Below, in pieces: positions 12,043 to 27,148 of a stretch of 64,000 bases of DNA (the first letter of the stretch is position 1; each line of letters starts with the position of its first letter). The notes beneath the pieces were generated by a model. It was given only the letters and a program-made list of their open reading frames with translations. It did not search any database and was not told the DNA's origin. Source of the DNA: Eledone cirrhosa (taxonomy: Eukaryota); NCBI GenBank assembly GCA_964016885.1, contig OZ024743.1, positions 68,944,001 through 69,008,000 on the forward strand, written 5' to 3'. The position numbers were made by a program, and so were the translations under genes.

Positions 12043-15000
12043 TCTAGTTCTATAATTTCACAAAGTTTTACCAGTAGAGAGAGAGTCGGTTTCTAACATA
12101 GACACAAGACTCTCTCATTGGAATTTACACATCAACTAGGTAGATATGTATGTATGCATGCATGTGTAGATATGGATGTTATTGTATGTGTGGATGAGGA
12201 TGTTTTGAGATGTATGTGTGCATGTGTATATGCTTTGTATCTGTACATATGCAGTTATTAGATGCAACATTTTTGGAATGGTTTACATAATTTTACTGTT
12301 CCATTAATGGATTGTACTTGTAATTTCCGAACTAGTTGTGTTCTTTCTGTTCCTGTGAAGCTTAGTTTCTCAAGATTTGTATTGAGGCAGTTACTCACAT
12401 ATCCCAGTGCCCCAATAATCACAGGCATAAATCTGAAGATGTAATCGGGGTGGAGTATCTGCAGATTTCTCATCAGTTCTGCATAAATATTCTCCTTTTC
12501 ACTAATCTTTGATATTATATTGGCGTCTGCTGGGCAGCTAATTTCCACTACTGTGCATGTTTTCTTCTCCCTGTCCCATATAATATCAGGTCTGTTATGC
12601 CTGAATTTTATTGGGCTTTTTACTGGAACATTCCACCAGTACTCTTTCATATTATGTACATGGATGTCTTCCACATTGTTGTAGCTTTTAATGTGTTTAT
12701 TATCGGGTCTATCTTTTTTACGAACTGCATTGTACAGTGTTTTGGCCACTACATCATGCCTCATAGGTAGATAGTACCGCCATGACATCTTTAGAAAGCT
12801 GCTGCTGACATGGGTGATATCCTCGATGTTAGTTCTGCAGAGTCTGCACTTGTTGTCACATCTAGGTATGTTGCCTGCATCCCTATCTCTTTTGTGAATC
12901 AGGTATTTCGTGCTAATCTCATGTTCTTGGATTGCAAAAGCGTATCCTTCAAAGTGGGAGCCAATATATCTATATTACTCTCACTCTGGAGCTTCCTGGC
13001 AACATATCCATGCATGATTTGTTGCTAATACGAATGTAGTTTTTCATCCATGGATTCACTGCGATACTGCTGAGCGACATCCCTGGGAGTGTGTTTTTGA
13101 TTATCACACAGGGACTATCTCTCAAGGAGTTCCTTCCCAATTCTCATGATCTTATCTGTTTCATGCAGATAGACTTGCTCGAGAAACGGGCACCTACGCT
13201 TCGTGGTTCGTAGATGTTGTCGGAGAGATATGATGCGACATTCAAATGTTGTCTGGACTGATGTTAGGCTTCTGCCTCCCTGCTTACGTTTCAAGTAAAG
13301 GCGGTCTATGCAACTGTTGATGTGGAAGTTTCCGGTGTTGTTCAGTATGTTTCGAGTTCCAACATCAACGGCTCGGATTTCATATATCGTCCAACTGAGT
13401 ATTCCAAACGTTGGTGTTAGGACAGGCACAGCAAACACATTGTGAGCCACTGTTTTGTTTTGCGCAGAGAGTTTTGATGACCAGATCTTTCTTAATCGGG
13501 TGTAGTATTCCCTGGTTACGCGTTCTTTATTACAGATACCATTCTAGGATATGTTCTCATCTATGCCGAGGTATATGTAGCAGTCCTCATCAGATATCGG
13601 TGAAACAGTTAGGCCATTGATGACAATGTTGCTAGATTGGGTTGTTGTTTTTTCCCGCTTTACAGTCATGTATGAGCATTTATCTTGGCCAAACTCCATT
13701 CCTATACCCTTTGAGAACGTTGTAACTAGGTCAAGATTTTTCTTCGTCCTATCCATGTTCTTGGCATAGAGTTTCAGATCGTCCACAAAGAAATTGTGGG
13801 TTAGGTTCGTATTTCTGTCCTCCTGTGAGCCAATGATGTATATGTCACATTTCTTGAGCAGAAAGGACAAGGGATTTAATAACATGATGAATAATATCAC
13901 AGAGAGACTGTCCTCCTGAAATATACCCCTACAATATTTTATTTTATCAGTGAAAATAGAGTCCTCCCTCTCTGTCTTTAACCTTAGGATAGTAGCCCAA
14001 GAAGAAGACAGCCTCGCTATGGCACTGACAATAATGTCTGGGACTTTAGCAAGTTGGAGGGCCTCTATCATCCAAGAGTGGGGGAACAGAATCGAAAGCT
14101 TTCCTGTCGTCCAGCCAGACTGTAGTCATATTCCTCCTAAGTTGTCGCACCTCCAACATCGCAGTTTTGTTGATTAGGGGTTGTTCAGCACATCCCCAAA
14201 CTTGCTTGTTCATCAGTCATTATGTTATTATTTTCACAGTGATCTTGGAGGAGTAGGTTCAGGCAGGCTGTATACATCTTATACATCAGATTCTGGCATG
14301 CAATGGGTCGGTAATTTTTTGCCAAGTGGGTGTCTTTTTTCTTGGGGACCAGTAATGTTTGTTCTAATGTCAACCATTCTGGTATAGTGTATCTCCCTTA
14401 AGAACTTGTTGGTTGAGGTCAGTAAGATACCTCCGATAGAATATCAATTTTTTTGTACCAGTAGCCGACAATCATGTCTCTTCCTGGTGTTTTGTTATCT
14501 TGGAGTTTTCCTATCACAGTCTGAAGAGTACCCTCACTTATTTCGTATGTTTTTGTTGTAGTGTAGGAGCAATAGTTCTTTCGGATTTCTCTTAGCCACA
14601 CTGCATCTTGGTTGAAATTCTTCTTTACACGCCATATTTTTCTCCAAGAGGAATCTATGTCTTTCTGGGATGCGGCCCCAGCGACATTTATTATTTTGCC
14701 CTTCATATCTCTATAGACTGATGTTTGGTTTCGTCTGAATCTTTTATTAAGCACTTTTCTCTCATCTCCCTTCTTCAGGTATCGGCGTTTTTCGCTAACA
14801 GCTCTCAATTCTTGTTTGAGGGTGATCAGCTTATATTGGAGAGTTCTGGTTCTACTGTTACCAAACATCGTCTCTATTTTATTTTTCACTCTTTGTTGGT
14901 GAGGAGTGAGGTTTTTTTGTGTTTGTTTGTATGTAAGGAGCATTGTCACATGTTCTATGTTTTTTCGTAGGTCAGCAATCTTTTTTTCTATTTTAGTTAT

Positions 15001-16086
15001 ATATGATGGTATTGTTGGTGGTGTTTTGTTCTTGTTAATATCTCTGCTATCACCAAGATAATGCTCCACTTTCGTTGCTAGGGCATATAAGCAGGCGTTG
15101 ATTTGCCAAAATGTTGGGGTTTTTATCCGTCGTAAATATTCATCCCCTATTTCGTCAATAACACGTAGTATTTCATTATTTGATTTTTTATTCAACATTG
15201 TCATTTTAACACGTTCAGCAAGAGGGATGTTTACACATGAGTTAATTTCTCTCTGAAGTTGAGGGAAATGTTCAATTGTTTATACTTTTGATTATCATTA
15301 TCGATAGTATTTTCCACAACAGTCGAGGTAGACTCGAATGGTACACGTGGTGTCACATTTATTCGATTATTATTATTATCGATAGTGTTTTCCCCAGCAT
15401 TCGAGGTAAACGTAGATGGTACAGGTGGTGTCAAGTTACTTACAGGCATAGTTGTTTCAAGGCGCTGTTCGACCTGGCTGCTAGGAAGTCTAGTAGCATG
15501 GCGACCTGTAGCACGTGTTATTGATAATAAGTTTGTTGTGGGGGATTTACAATTAATAATATTTATCTTATTTTTACGTTCAACAAACGTCGCTTTTTGG
15601 CGTAATTGTTTCGCTGTGAAATAATTTAACTCTTGGTGTATTTCGTCCCAGTGTAGCTTCATTCTGTTCATATAGCCAATGGAGGGATTGTTTTTTGCCA
15701 TTTTATAACAATTAAATAAATCATTATTAAGTTCGCAACTCCAAGAGAAATGCGATTTATAATCTCGGTTTATTCTGTAGCTAAAACTGAATAACGTTTG
15801 ATTACCTTCCTTGTTATTTGTCTTCGGTACTTCCTTAATTTTTTTTGTTTTGATGTTGTGTTCAGCCATGCTATTGCCTGCAAATCCTTGTAAAATGAAT
15901 TATGTATTTAGTCGGAAATCTCTACGAATTCGAATAAAAGGTGTCTTCAGAAGGGATATTTAGAAGAATAACCAGTTATTCAACCTGACTGTAGTTGTGG
16001 CTTTACTGTCGGAGATAGTATTCGTCTTAAATTTAATAAATAGTCTCACACGCCAAAATATGCGACTGATCGCGTTGACTGTGTAG
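12043..16086 (-). mobile_element. Near full-length decayed R4/Dong-type LINE in (CATA)n
   Basis: ORF pieces 15869-12258: N-terminal W..ELN..CY..GY..RM..W domain, RT (NYRPIAC, GIFQEDSLS, FFVDDLKL), zinc knuckle and RLE (RPDI, VEISCP); many stops and frameshifts. Confidence 0.92.
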
Positions 16087-16165
16087 TATGTATGTATGTA
16101 TGTATGTATGTATGTATGTATGTATGTATGTATGTATGTATGTATGTATGTATGTATGTATGTAT

Positions 16166-16779
16166 GTCAGGTCACCAGTTGGTGCTACTGGTAACATGTA
16201 TCCCAGTACAACCTGTCTCATGGTCGGGTCGTTGTCGACTAAACTGGCAACCCCACCAAGGTTTCTTGGTGAGGAGGGTGACTTTGGACATCCTGCAGGA
16301 CTAAAAGCCAAACCTGTCAAAGGGCAAAGGAGCTCTTAAGAGTCAATGGCCATCCAAAATCACAGGGAGAGATGACCCCTTAGCCTTTGTCAAGACAGAA
16401 TTCTAGGAAAAGGAAAACTCTGATATACCACCTGCAACCCTGATGGTATCCAATGATGTTGGCTTGTTCTTCTTTTTGGTAAATATCATCTTGGTTAAGA
16501 GAGTGGGACTGGCTTTGTGCAGTGCCTTTGCTCACTATAAAAGCTTCACGGCACAGGCATTGCTTTATATCTGGAGATCTCTCTGCACTTGTCGTCACAT
16601 GGTACCATGGGCCCAGCACTATGTGTCAATAATTGTCACAAGTGTAGTGTTTGTACCAGAGTTTTCAAGTCGCTGGCTGGACTAAAAAGTCACACTTGTT
16701 CAGCGCATCGGTAGGGGTTCTCCTACATGGATATAAAATAGTGGCCGTACTCGAAGACGAGTTGGCAGCCACCATGTAT
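16166..16779 (+). mobile_element. Non-autonomous RTE-derived element, copy 2 (longer 5' end)
   Basis: Colinear with copy 1, ~40 extra 5' nt; follows (TATG)n 16087-16165. Confidence 0.7.
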
Positions 16780-17287
16780 GGACCGATAACGCGGTCATGA
16801 CATACGGCGTTTCTCTAGAATTTCAAACCGTGCTGAGCCCCTCTCCGTGTCTCAACACAGCCTATTTCTTCCAGAGAAGAGGAGAGAGTTTGAAAGAGCG
16901 ATAGAATGAGGAAGCGAGGAACAGATACGAAGGAAGTTCGAGCCCAGTACAGTAGAGTTATTTTTTCATCGGCCTAGTATGGATGAAAGGATTAGTTCAC
17001 CAGTGAGATTTGCACTCAGTGTGCAGGGCCAAGAAATGAATATTGGAAAGTTGATTACCAGACAATCTAATGGCAATTCCAATTCACCGCTTACTCTTAA
17101 TTTGTCTTTTAACTGGTAACGTTCTACATTGATTTTTTTCATTTGATGTCCTCGAGATACAGGACCACATTCTTATTTCGACTTTTACTCTCGCTTCCAA
17201 TGTGTCTCTTCATAGCACATTTTGGTCTTAATGTTGATTCACTTACTCTGTAATGTCCTTGTAGTGTAATAATTTACCTCTATTAAA

Positions 17288-17381
<94 letters not shown>

Positions 17382-17382
<1 letters not shown>

Positions 17383-17928
17383 TAGCAGAAAAACCACCCT
17401 TCGGTGGTTTTCTGCTAGCATGTGTAGTGTATATATTGATATTATACGCAAGAATATATATACATGTAGATATGATACATCAAATAAAATAGTAATTGAC
17501 AATATAAACAGAAATTGAACGAAGACGTTGTTACACTGTCTTATGTAATCAGTAACGTAATCCATGATACATTAAAAAAAGACGATATTATATATAAACT
17601 GCATTTTCTGTCACTAATTTGTTACAGAAAATTTGTATGTTTATTTAAGTGATCGTCACCGGAAATGTTGACATCACACTCTCTCTTTCTATATATATGT
17701 TAGTTGAAGTGATGGTGGTGGCAACGATATACCGGAAGTGCAACTTTGAAAAGAAGTCAATTTTAAATTATTTATTTTTACGAAATTATTTTGTTTACGA
17801 AATTTATTAGATAAATTATGTAATAGTCATTGATTATTTATTCAAAGTAATCCAACTTATTTTACTCACGGGATAAAAAAAAATAAACCGTACGCAGTTA
17901 TGCAGACCTTCCTTTATTATAGTTTAGA
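17382..17928 (-). mobile_element. Non-autonomous Helitron
   Basis: Minus strand starts A|TCTAAACTATAATAAA and ends with hairpin ACCACC-GAAG-GGTGGT then CTAG|T; inserted in (TA)n without TSD. Confidence 0.75.
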
Positions 17929-18050
17929 TATATATATATATAGGGTGGGGGAGAAAGATAGATTTGTTTGTGAGTGTGCGTGCGATCATACATACAAAAA
18001 TACACTGGCGCACACACACACATATTTATATATATATATATACACACACA

Positions 18051-18137
<87 letters not shown>

Positions 18138-18142
18138 ATATG

Positions 18143-18216
<74 letters not shown>

Positions 18217-18760
18217 CGTGTGTGTGTATATATATATATATATATGAATGTACACACGCATCTACGCGCATACATAAAATGATTACATCGTCATAGTGTG
18301 TTGTTGGAGTTGATTTATATTAAGGAATCCAGTAAGCAATGATTTGCATATATCTTTCTATTCATGAATGGCTTTTGTCATGAGATTTATTAGAAGGCCT
18401 ACATTTACTTCCGGTTCATTCGAAGCCACAATATTTTGGCTGACACAAACTCTCTCTAACAAAGGATAGATGATTTGATTAAATAAGATTATCCAGCGAA
18501 TGTGGCAAAAACCATCATTCAACGTTACCATAACAAGCAAAGTTTAGATTAGTGCAACGCCACAATATATGTTGTGGGTCACGTGAAGAGTAAATCAGTA
18601 AATCACTCTTGTATACATCTAACAAGGTGGGTATGTGTGTGTGTGTGAGTGTAATATATATATATATATATAGACACATATATGTATGAATAATTACATA
18701 CACTCAAACACAGACACACATTTATATATATAGATACGAATGTAGATATTTATATACGTT

Positions 18761-18859
<99 letters not shown>

Positions 18860-19064
18860 GTCTGTGGGGCTGTGTGTGTAGGTGTGTGTCGTTGTGTGGA
18901 TATTTTGTGTGTGTAGGTGTGTGTCGGTGTGTGTGGGTATTGTGTGTATGTAGGTGTGTGTGTGTGTACGTAGGTGTGTTGGGGTATGTGTGTGTATAGA
19001 CTCATGCTGTGTGGTAAAGGAAAGCCGGGGAAATAAAAGTGCAACAATTACAATAGAGCAAGAT

Positions 19065-19602
<538 letters not shown>

Positions 19603-19890
19603 ATGTGTGTGTATGTACGTGTGTATGTACGTGCGTATATATGCGTTAGAAACCCTATATGAAGTATCTAATCTGGTATGAATCTTTCAAGGATTAATAT
19701 AGAAAGAATATTTCATTTGTATCAATGTTCATTCGGGAATTAATCTAAATAATATAAATACTCATACATGTTTAATAATAATATTAAAGCTGTTTCTATC
19801 ACAAAATTATGATAAATTATTTTCTTACATGCACACTATTACAATACAGAATTATACTATATTTATCGTTTCCCCTGGACAATTGCTTAA

Positions 19891-19993
19891 TATAGATGTC
19901 CCAAAAAAGGTATTCACTCTTCAACATCATTCTAATGAATATTGCATATACATGTAATCAAAATGTGTATACATTTTGGGGGGACATTCTGTA
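19891..19993. mobile_element. Tc1/mariner-like MITE relic
   Basis: Imperfect TIRs TA-TAGATGTCCCAAAAAAGGTATTCAC ... GTGTATACATTTTGGGGGGACATTCTG-TA. Confidence 0.55.
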
Positions 19994-20499
19994 TATGACT
20001 CCTAGCAGACAACAGCTACAATTCATTTTTCAAAACTCATCCAGACTGAAGACATATCCGATATCATAACAACAGTAGTAATTGAATTTCCAAGAAATCA
20101 AGTACATCTCGCCATTTTAACACTTTTAAAACATAGGTAGAACAGAGACATCAGATACAATACACAAAAGTCATTGGCATTTGGACGCAGACGTAAAGAA
20201 TAAATTAGAATAAAAGAGGGAATGAATGATGAAATCTGTGTGTAGGAATGGAACTATGTTATTGAAACAAATTAAAAAAAAAACAATATTAACAATCAGA
20301 GATATGTCATCAACAGGACTTTGTTAAAGGGAAAATCGATAATACAACATTAAAGAAAATAAATAAACAGACTTGAATTAAAAATAAATATGTTAACCCA
20401 GAAATCATAGCAAGATCAACCAATCAATTATTATATATGTCAACGGCCAACATATAGTGTGTATTTTATGTGTTTAGAGTGTTGAACTTGCTACTAGGT

Positions 20500-21190
20500 T
20501 ATTTAATCGAACTCGGAAGGATAAAAGGCAAAGTTGACCTCGGTGGGATTTGAATTCAGAATGTAAAAAAAGCCCAGAGGACATGCCATACAGCATTTGT
20601 CCGTCACTCTACCAATTCTGGCAATCCACCGCTCTATTCGACAATATAATTTGTTTCTACTTTTGCCACAAGGTCAGAAATTACCCCCAGTGCATTACTG
20701 GTGCTTATTTTATCGACCTGATGGGATTTGAACTCAGAACGCAAAGGGTCATAACTCTATGCTTCAAAACATGGTGTCTGACGCTCTACCGATACTGCCC
20801 ATCCACTATTTGGCAATATAGTATAGACACAAGGCCTTGGGAGGAAGGGAAAGTCGATTAAATCGACGTCAGTACGTTACTGATGCTTTATTTTATCGAC
20901 CCTGTAAGGATGAAAGGTAAAGTTAACCTCGGCGGGATTTGAACTCAGACCGTAAAGGACCGTAACTCTAAGCTGCAAAGCATGGTGTCCAATGCTCTAG
21001 CAATTCTGCCAATCCACCGCTCTATTTGGCAATATAATTTGTTTTTACTTTTGCCACAAGGCCAGCAAGTGTATTACTGATGCTTTATTTTATCGACCTG
21101 ACGGGATTTGAACTCAGAACGCAAAGGGCCAAAACTCTATGCTGCAAAAGATGGTGTCTGACGCTCTGCTGATACTGCCCATCCACCTAA
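20500..21190 (-). mobile_element. Cluster of ~4 tRNA-type SINE copies or fragments
   Basis: Repeated minus-strand B box GAGTTCAAATCCC and central CTTTCATCCTTAC.GGGTCGATAAAATAA; ~20570-20810 is similar to ~20960-21190. Confidence 0.8.
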
Positions 21191-21579
21191 TGGCAATATA
21201 ACGAGACCTGGAACTGTTGACCTATTTTCGATCGTTTACCTCATTCATTCGACACAAGACAAGAAGAAGTTCTCTGTAATTTTGCTCACAGATATCGAGT
21301 AACACTACCAGTTCACTGTCAGCTGTGTCAAATCATGAGCACGTTAGTTTGAATAATTTGAAAAACACTTCCGTAAACTACACTTGTACTTCAGTGCAAT
21401 GAATTTCCAGCAGGCTCGGGGCACTAAACATATAAATAACTTCACAATTCTACTGACATTTAGCTGACATTGTGAAACCAGAAGATACATATTTCTAATA
21501 TTTAACGTTCTGCACAAATGTCTGGGTATCTAGACACATCTAATTGATTTTGTAAAAGATAAATATGACTATCTAAAGA

Positions 21580-21780
21580 GGGTGCTGGATTAGCAAAATC
21601 GTTAGAGCGTTGCCAAGAATGCTTTGCGGCATTTGATCTTGCTCTTTACATTCTGAGTTCAAATCCTGCAGAAGTTGTCCTTGGCTTTTATAATTCCGGG
21701 ATAAATGAAATAAGAACCAGTCAAATACGGGTGTCAAAGTAATCGACTTTACCTCCTCACAAATTGCAGGCCATATGCTA
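21580..21780 (+). mobile_element. tRNA-type SINE
   Basis: A-box-like TTAGCAAAATCGTTAG, B box GAGTTCAAATCC, same body as the cluster. Confidence 0.7.
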
Positions 21781-23214
21781 CACCCATAAATATTATTTCA
21801 CTATTCTACCAACCAATTCAAAAGAGATCTATATTTTTATTGTTCGTATATAGTAAATATATGGAAGAAATGATATAATCTCATTAATATTTGTATCTAT
21901 ATAAATATTCTACAGGAGGTGACCAACATTATTCCTGATATAACAGATACCAATCAATCTATCATTGATAACTCGGGAACTTTCGAACAAACATAAACTT
22001 TTCCAATTACAGACGTATTGCTTTCTGAAAGAATAATCAAGTAAAAGTTCACAGGTTTTGCGCAATCGACCAGCACGCTTGTTTACAACTCATTAGCGAT
22101 TTCCTGCATTTTAGAAATCTTTTGTTTATCGTCCTAATAACGAAACTATCAAGATATGTTCTAATGTATTGCAATCGTCACGAAGTCCAGGTCAATGCCA
22201 AATTTTCATACAGCAATACGCTTAACGCTACCTTCTATCTGAATCAACGACCCGGGTTTCCTTTTTCCCACTGGTGGAAGCCCAGATCATTACAAGAAAG
22301 ATATAACATCAAGCCCAATACGACTCGCTTACCTACCCGTTTCACTTCAAATAGAAACAATACAAGAAATTAAAGACCACATTATTAATCTACTACCCAA
22401 CGTTTGTTACACAATCTAAATAAAGAGCTTCTTCGGCACTCTTCTCCATCGATTCGATAGCCATTTCACAAGCTTCTCGTTCCAGAAAAGTTAAGGGAAA
22501 TAAACACCATGCCAATTCATTAACAAAATGGAACAACAGATTGAAATAAGTATAGAGAAAACTGTATAATAAAACTAGTATTCCTCCAAAGAATGTAGAA
22601 CCCAACAAGACGTCATATAAGGATATTGTCATAATCGCCACATTGAATGAATATATGGGCAGGTCTATGGAGGTTTTTCCCCTTGTCCTTCGTAGTATAT
22701 GTGTGAGCAGCGACAGCGAAACCATACTTTACATCAGAGACTGATACGTTTCTCGGTGATAATGTAAATACACTAGCTTTTCAAGTGTTGGTGCTCAAAG
22801 CCAAGTTGCAGTAGGAGCGAGAGGGTTTAATATCAACTATTCTATTCTAATTGGTATTGGTTCTGCTTGGACAGATTGTCTATTTTTGTGGAAGATAATA
22901 AGACAGGCACATTTTTCCAAATGGCCACTGAAACTAATCAAATGCCAATGCAAGGGCAGAAGGAACCTCATGTGCTTATGTCAATGCATTGCATAGTTTT
23001 TCTTCTGTTACCTTGAACCAAAGGATAATGGTTATAGAATGACAAATGGTTCTTACAACTACGGAGATCATCACGGATATCCCCAGAAGGTACAGTCTTG
23101 TCGTTAATGCAATTTCATTTTTTCTGGTGATGCAATTTTCAACAAATTTCAGTCTATAATCAGTTTGCAATAAAAATAATGGGGTGGAAGAGTCTACACC
23201 TAAGTCGAGGCGAT

Positions 23215-23600
23215 TTATCTTAGCTGTACTCCATTGACAGCCAGATGGCCTCGACCACTGACACGGAAATGCAGCGACGTGAATCCCTCATCTGTGTTGC
23301 CACATGTTGTGACACGTTCTCCGATCTTCAACATAGTCGCTTCGGTCACAATGCCCGGTACTGGGACCAGCAAAGTAGAAGAAAGGAAGACAAACAAATA
23401 CCGGGTCTTGTCCGGCCGCTTCCTCTTCGCATCGGTCATCGTCGAAACCTCAGGCTCCTTTGATCCCATACTGCTGAGATCCTCCCCAAGATCGGAACGA
23501 CAGCAGCCCGTCTTAGGAAGGAACACCGTGAGGTGTGGTGGCTGTTGTCGCGGGTGTCGCTAGTCATTGTCTGCGGGGAAATGCCTTTACAGTTTTATCC
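23215..23600 (+). mobile_element. Decayed CRE-type non-LTR 3' fragment (RLE)
   Basis: PDG..ATCCDTF..EERKTNKY..VETSG..WLLSRVSL motifs across frames. Confidence 0.65.
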
Positions 23601-24384
23601 ACGGAGTGCAGCCCAAATATCGCCCCACCCTAGGCCCAGAGCCCATCATTGTTTCCCCTTTCTCTTCCCATAATTCTGTGGCCCACGTGTCCTCGCTTTT
23701 CCCCTCCGTTTCCAATCATTCATATATTTATTGACCTTTCCCCATTCAGCCAGATGTGCCTTTCTTTACCCGTTTCCCTTTTCTCATTACTTAATTTCGT
23801 ATTTCGCTTTCTTTTTCATATCTATGTAATTATCAACGGTTTTTCAGCCAACTTTGTGAGTATAAATTGAATAAAATGTTAACCAACGATTCTCCTCCAC
23901 CCAAAAGAAAAACAAAATGTAGGAATTATAGCAACTTCCGATTGCATTGTGTTGGATACCAGCCCCGACACTCGCTACATTTGCAACTACACATCATACG
24001 GCTTCTCTATCGGGCAGTATACACTCATCCTAATTTTGCGTAGAAAAACGGCTGTTCAGAGACCGTGGACATGAAAGTTCTCGATTGAGAACAACACAAA
24101 ATCCCTGTATTTGGATAGTTTTTATGTAATGTCTATGCTGATAAGGAACGCTATTTTGTTGCTATGTAGGAAATAAAAGGAAAAGATATATCCATGAAAA
24201 GCATTTTAATTTCCTATATACCTATGTATACAGCAGTATACTCATAACTAGTTGCGTAAAATTTAGTGCATCTATGGTTGTGTTGTATTAGAGACTGCGT
24301 AGATTACTTCGTTTGTATATACAATTCTATTTTGTGTCGTGTACATCGTATGTGTACAATATTTACTGTCTGAAGTTTTTTATA

Positions 24385-24469
<85 letters not shown>

Positions 24470-25299
24470 TTATATTTATTTATGACGAAACAGAATAGGT
24501 GAATGTGTGTGCGTCTATATTTATGAGACTCTTTTATATAAGAGCTTGTTCGCAAATACATGTTTATATCTGCAAATATCTTCGCATATTTACAGACATA
24601 CATATACATTCAGGTCGTCATTTAATGTCCATTTAACTGTGCTGGCATTGTTTACAAACACACACACACACACACACATACATATAAACACACACATACA
24701 CAGCCGTATGTAATCGTGCATACATATATACACTCACTGAGAAATGGAAATCTGTACATAAGCCTGAGATATATAACGCATATGGTTGAGTAATAATCTA
24801 TAAAGATATGTCTAGGTACGTATTGATCTATGTATGTCTGTTTATTTACATGTATGTAAGCTTATATGCATATATGTGTGTATGTATATGTGTGTGTGTA
24901 TGTATATGTGCATATATAAAGGTATTTAGGTTTATGCGCTTATATAAAGGTATGTATTATGTTTATGTGCATATATACAGGTATGTATGTGAGAAGGTAT
25001 GTAGATAGGTATTATTTAGATATGTAGGTATTATGTAGGAATGTAGGTATATATGTAGGTAGGTATATACGGGTACATGCATGTGCGTGTGAAAATATAT
25101 CTTAAAACTATATTGCCAGTTGATTGAAGCCGTCTCTAAGATCCATTTCAAGGAATGTTCTGGAAAATAACACATTCATCAATAATTACGGCTACAATTC
25201 CCAATAGAGATAGGAACATGTCAGCTAAATTAATTCATTTCCCTGTCCTCTTTCTTAACCTACAACAGTATTCCCATTACTTATTACTATTAGTACTAA

Positions 25300-25530
25300 G
25301 GGTGGTACATTAGTAGTATCGATAGAGCGTCAGACAAACTGCCATGCGGTATTTAGTTATGATGTATTATGTTCTGAGTTCAAATCCCACCGACATCAAC
25401 TTTGACTTTTGACATTCATCTTTTCAAGGTAGATAAAATAAAGAACCAGTAAAGTTTTTGGATCGATATAATCAACTTCCCCTTCGCTCTAACATTGCTG
25501 GTTTTCTGCCAATCTTAAAGAAACAATTAT
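25300..25530 (+). mobile_element. tRNA-type SINE
   Basis: GAGTTCAAATCCCACCGA ... GATAAAATAAAGAACCAGT. Confidence 0.7.
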
Positions 25531-25962
25531 TAATATGAAACGTTGCTTCTCTCTCCATATTCCTCAGGAGACGTACCTCACGTCTGAGTACTTATAAATA
25601 TTTTATTATTCCTTGTGGCCAATATGTTAATCTTCAATCTAGAATACAAAACAATTGTTTGTTATAACATCTACGACGTGAAAAGATGGTATTCTGTATT
25701 CTACGCTCCAGTCTCTTGATTTTTTTTCCTGGTTTCATCTCCAGAGACTTGAAATGCATATTTTATGCAGAAATTTCTTTGGCGATTAAAGTTACTTTCT
25801 CACTATTAGCATGTTTTAAGCAGCCAGTCATTTACAGACATAATACCTTGCATTGCTTACTGCCACACGTTTGAGTGGAGTTCAAATCCCTTCATTTTAT
25901 TCTATTGGCGTTAAATATGGTACTGAGGTGTTTGTATGCATTAAGAAACCAGTACTACCATT

Positions 25963-26063
<101 letters not shown>

Positions 26064-26872
26064 AACTACTACTACTACTACTACTAATAATAATAATAAG
26101 GGAGAAGACACACATGGTGGATAGAAGGTCGTGAAATCGCTCCCGTAAGTTTTGAATTTTTAACATATTTAAACCATTTGTGAAATAACAATTCTTAGTA
26201 CAAATGTTACGTAAAGCATCCGGCTTGAACCCCCAAAAAATTCGGACCCAAAATACATTGTTATAAGGCTCAAATATTCAACTTTGTATTATACATTGTA
26301 TATTCAAAAAAGAAAATGGCTATAAATGGAAGAAGAAGAACCCCCCCTCCTCTGTCTACACTATATAGAACAGCCAAACAACAGCAATTTCACCAACACC
26401 AGAAACTAGATACACCACCTACCCCATCACCCCTCTGTGTACACTAAACACAACAGCCAGATAACGGCAATTTCACCACCACGACAACCAATCTCAACAT
26501 AATAATGATAATAATAATTACTATTATTATTGTCCCAAGTTTTAACAAAACGTTTAATTCCAACATTAAGGGAATTTATGTCAACACATGTACGCGACTA
26601 ACCCCATAGATTCACCGAACGGACATCAGTAACGACAACGCCATCACTACAGTCACCGCCGCCGCCGCCCATCCATCATTACTACCACTATCCCATCACC
26701 GCTGCCATCACTCCTTCATTGCTACCACCGCTACCCCCCCCCCCACTACCTTCTGTTAACTTACGAAAGGGGAGGATGGCGATATCACTAGACACTAGAC
26801 AATATTGATAAACAAGATTAATACTTAATTTTGGATCAGGAATGTTGGAGTCGAAAAATGGCAAAATGACGG

Positions 26873-27148
26873 AACGACTACAGATTATTATTTCACCACC
26901 AATACCACCACCACTGCCACGATGAAGACTCTGGTCGAATCGACTCAAGTTTATACCCCAACTACAACACCATCACTATAGTAATACGACCACATCACCA
27001 CCACTACTAAACGACTACAGATTATTATTTCACCACCAATAACACCACCACTACCACGATGAAAACTCTGGTCAAATCGACTCAAATGTATACCCCAACT
27101 ACAACACCATCACTACAGTAATACGATCACATCACCACCACCACTGCC
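26873..27148. repeat. ~138-bp tandem duplication in (CAC)-rich DNA
   Basis: ACGACTACAGATTATTATTTCACCACCAAT at ~26874 and ~27012. Confidence 0.85.

Noticed and set aside
11464-16779. LTR retrotransposon (direct repeats flanking an RT)
   Set aside because: Repeats lack TG..CA ends, differ in length, have their own (ATGT)n tail and a third solo fragment; the internal element is a non-LTR R4/Dong type on the opposite strand
20500-21780. tRNA genes suggested by GTTCAAATCC
   Set aside because: B boxes belong to SINE heads; no cloverleaf
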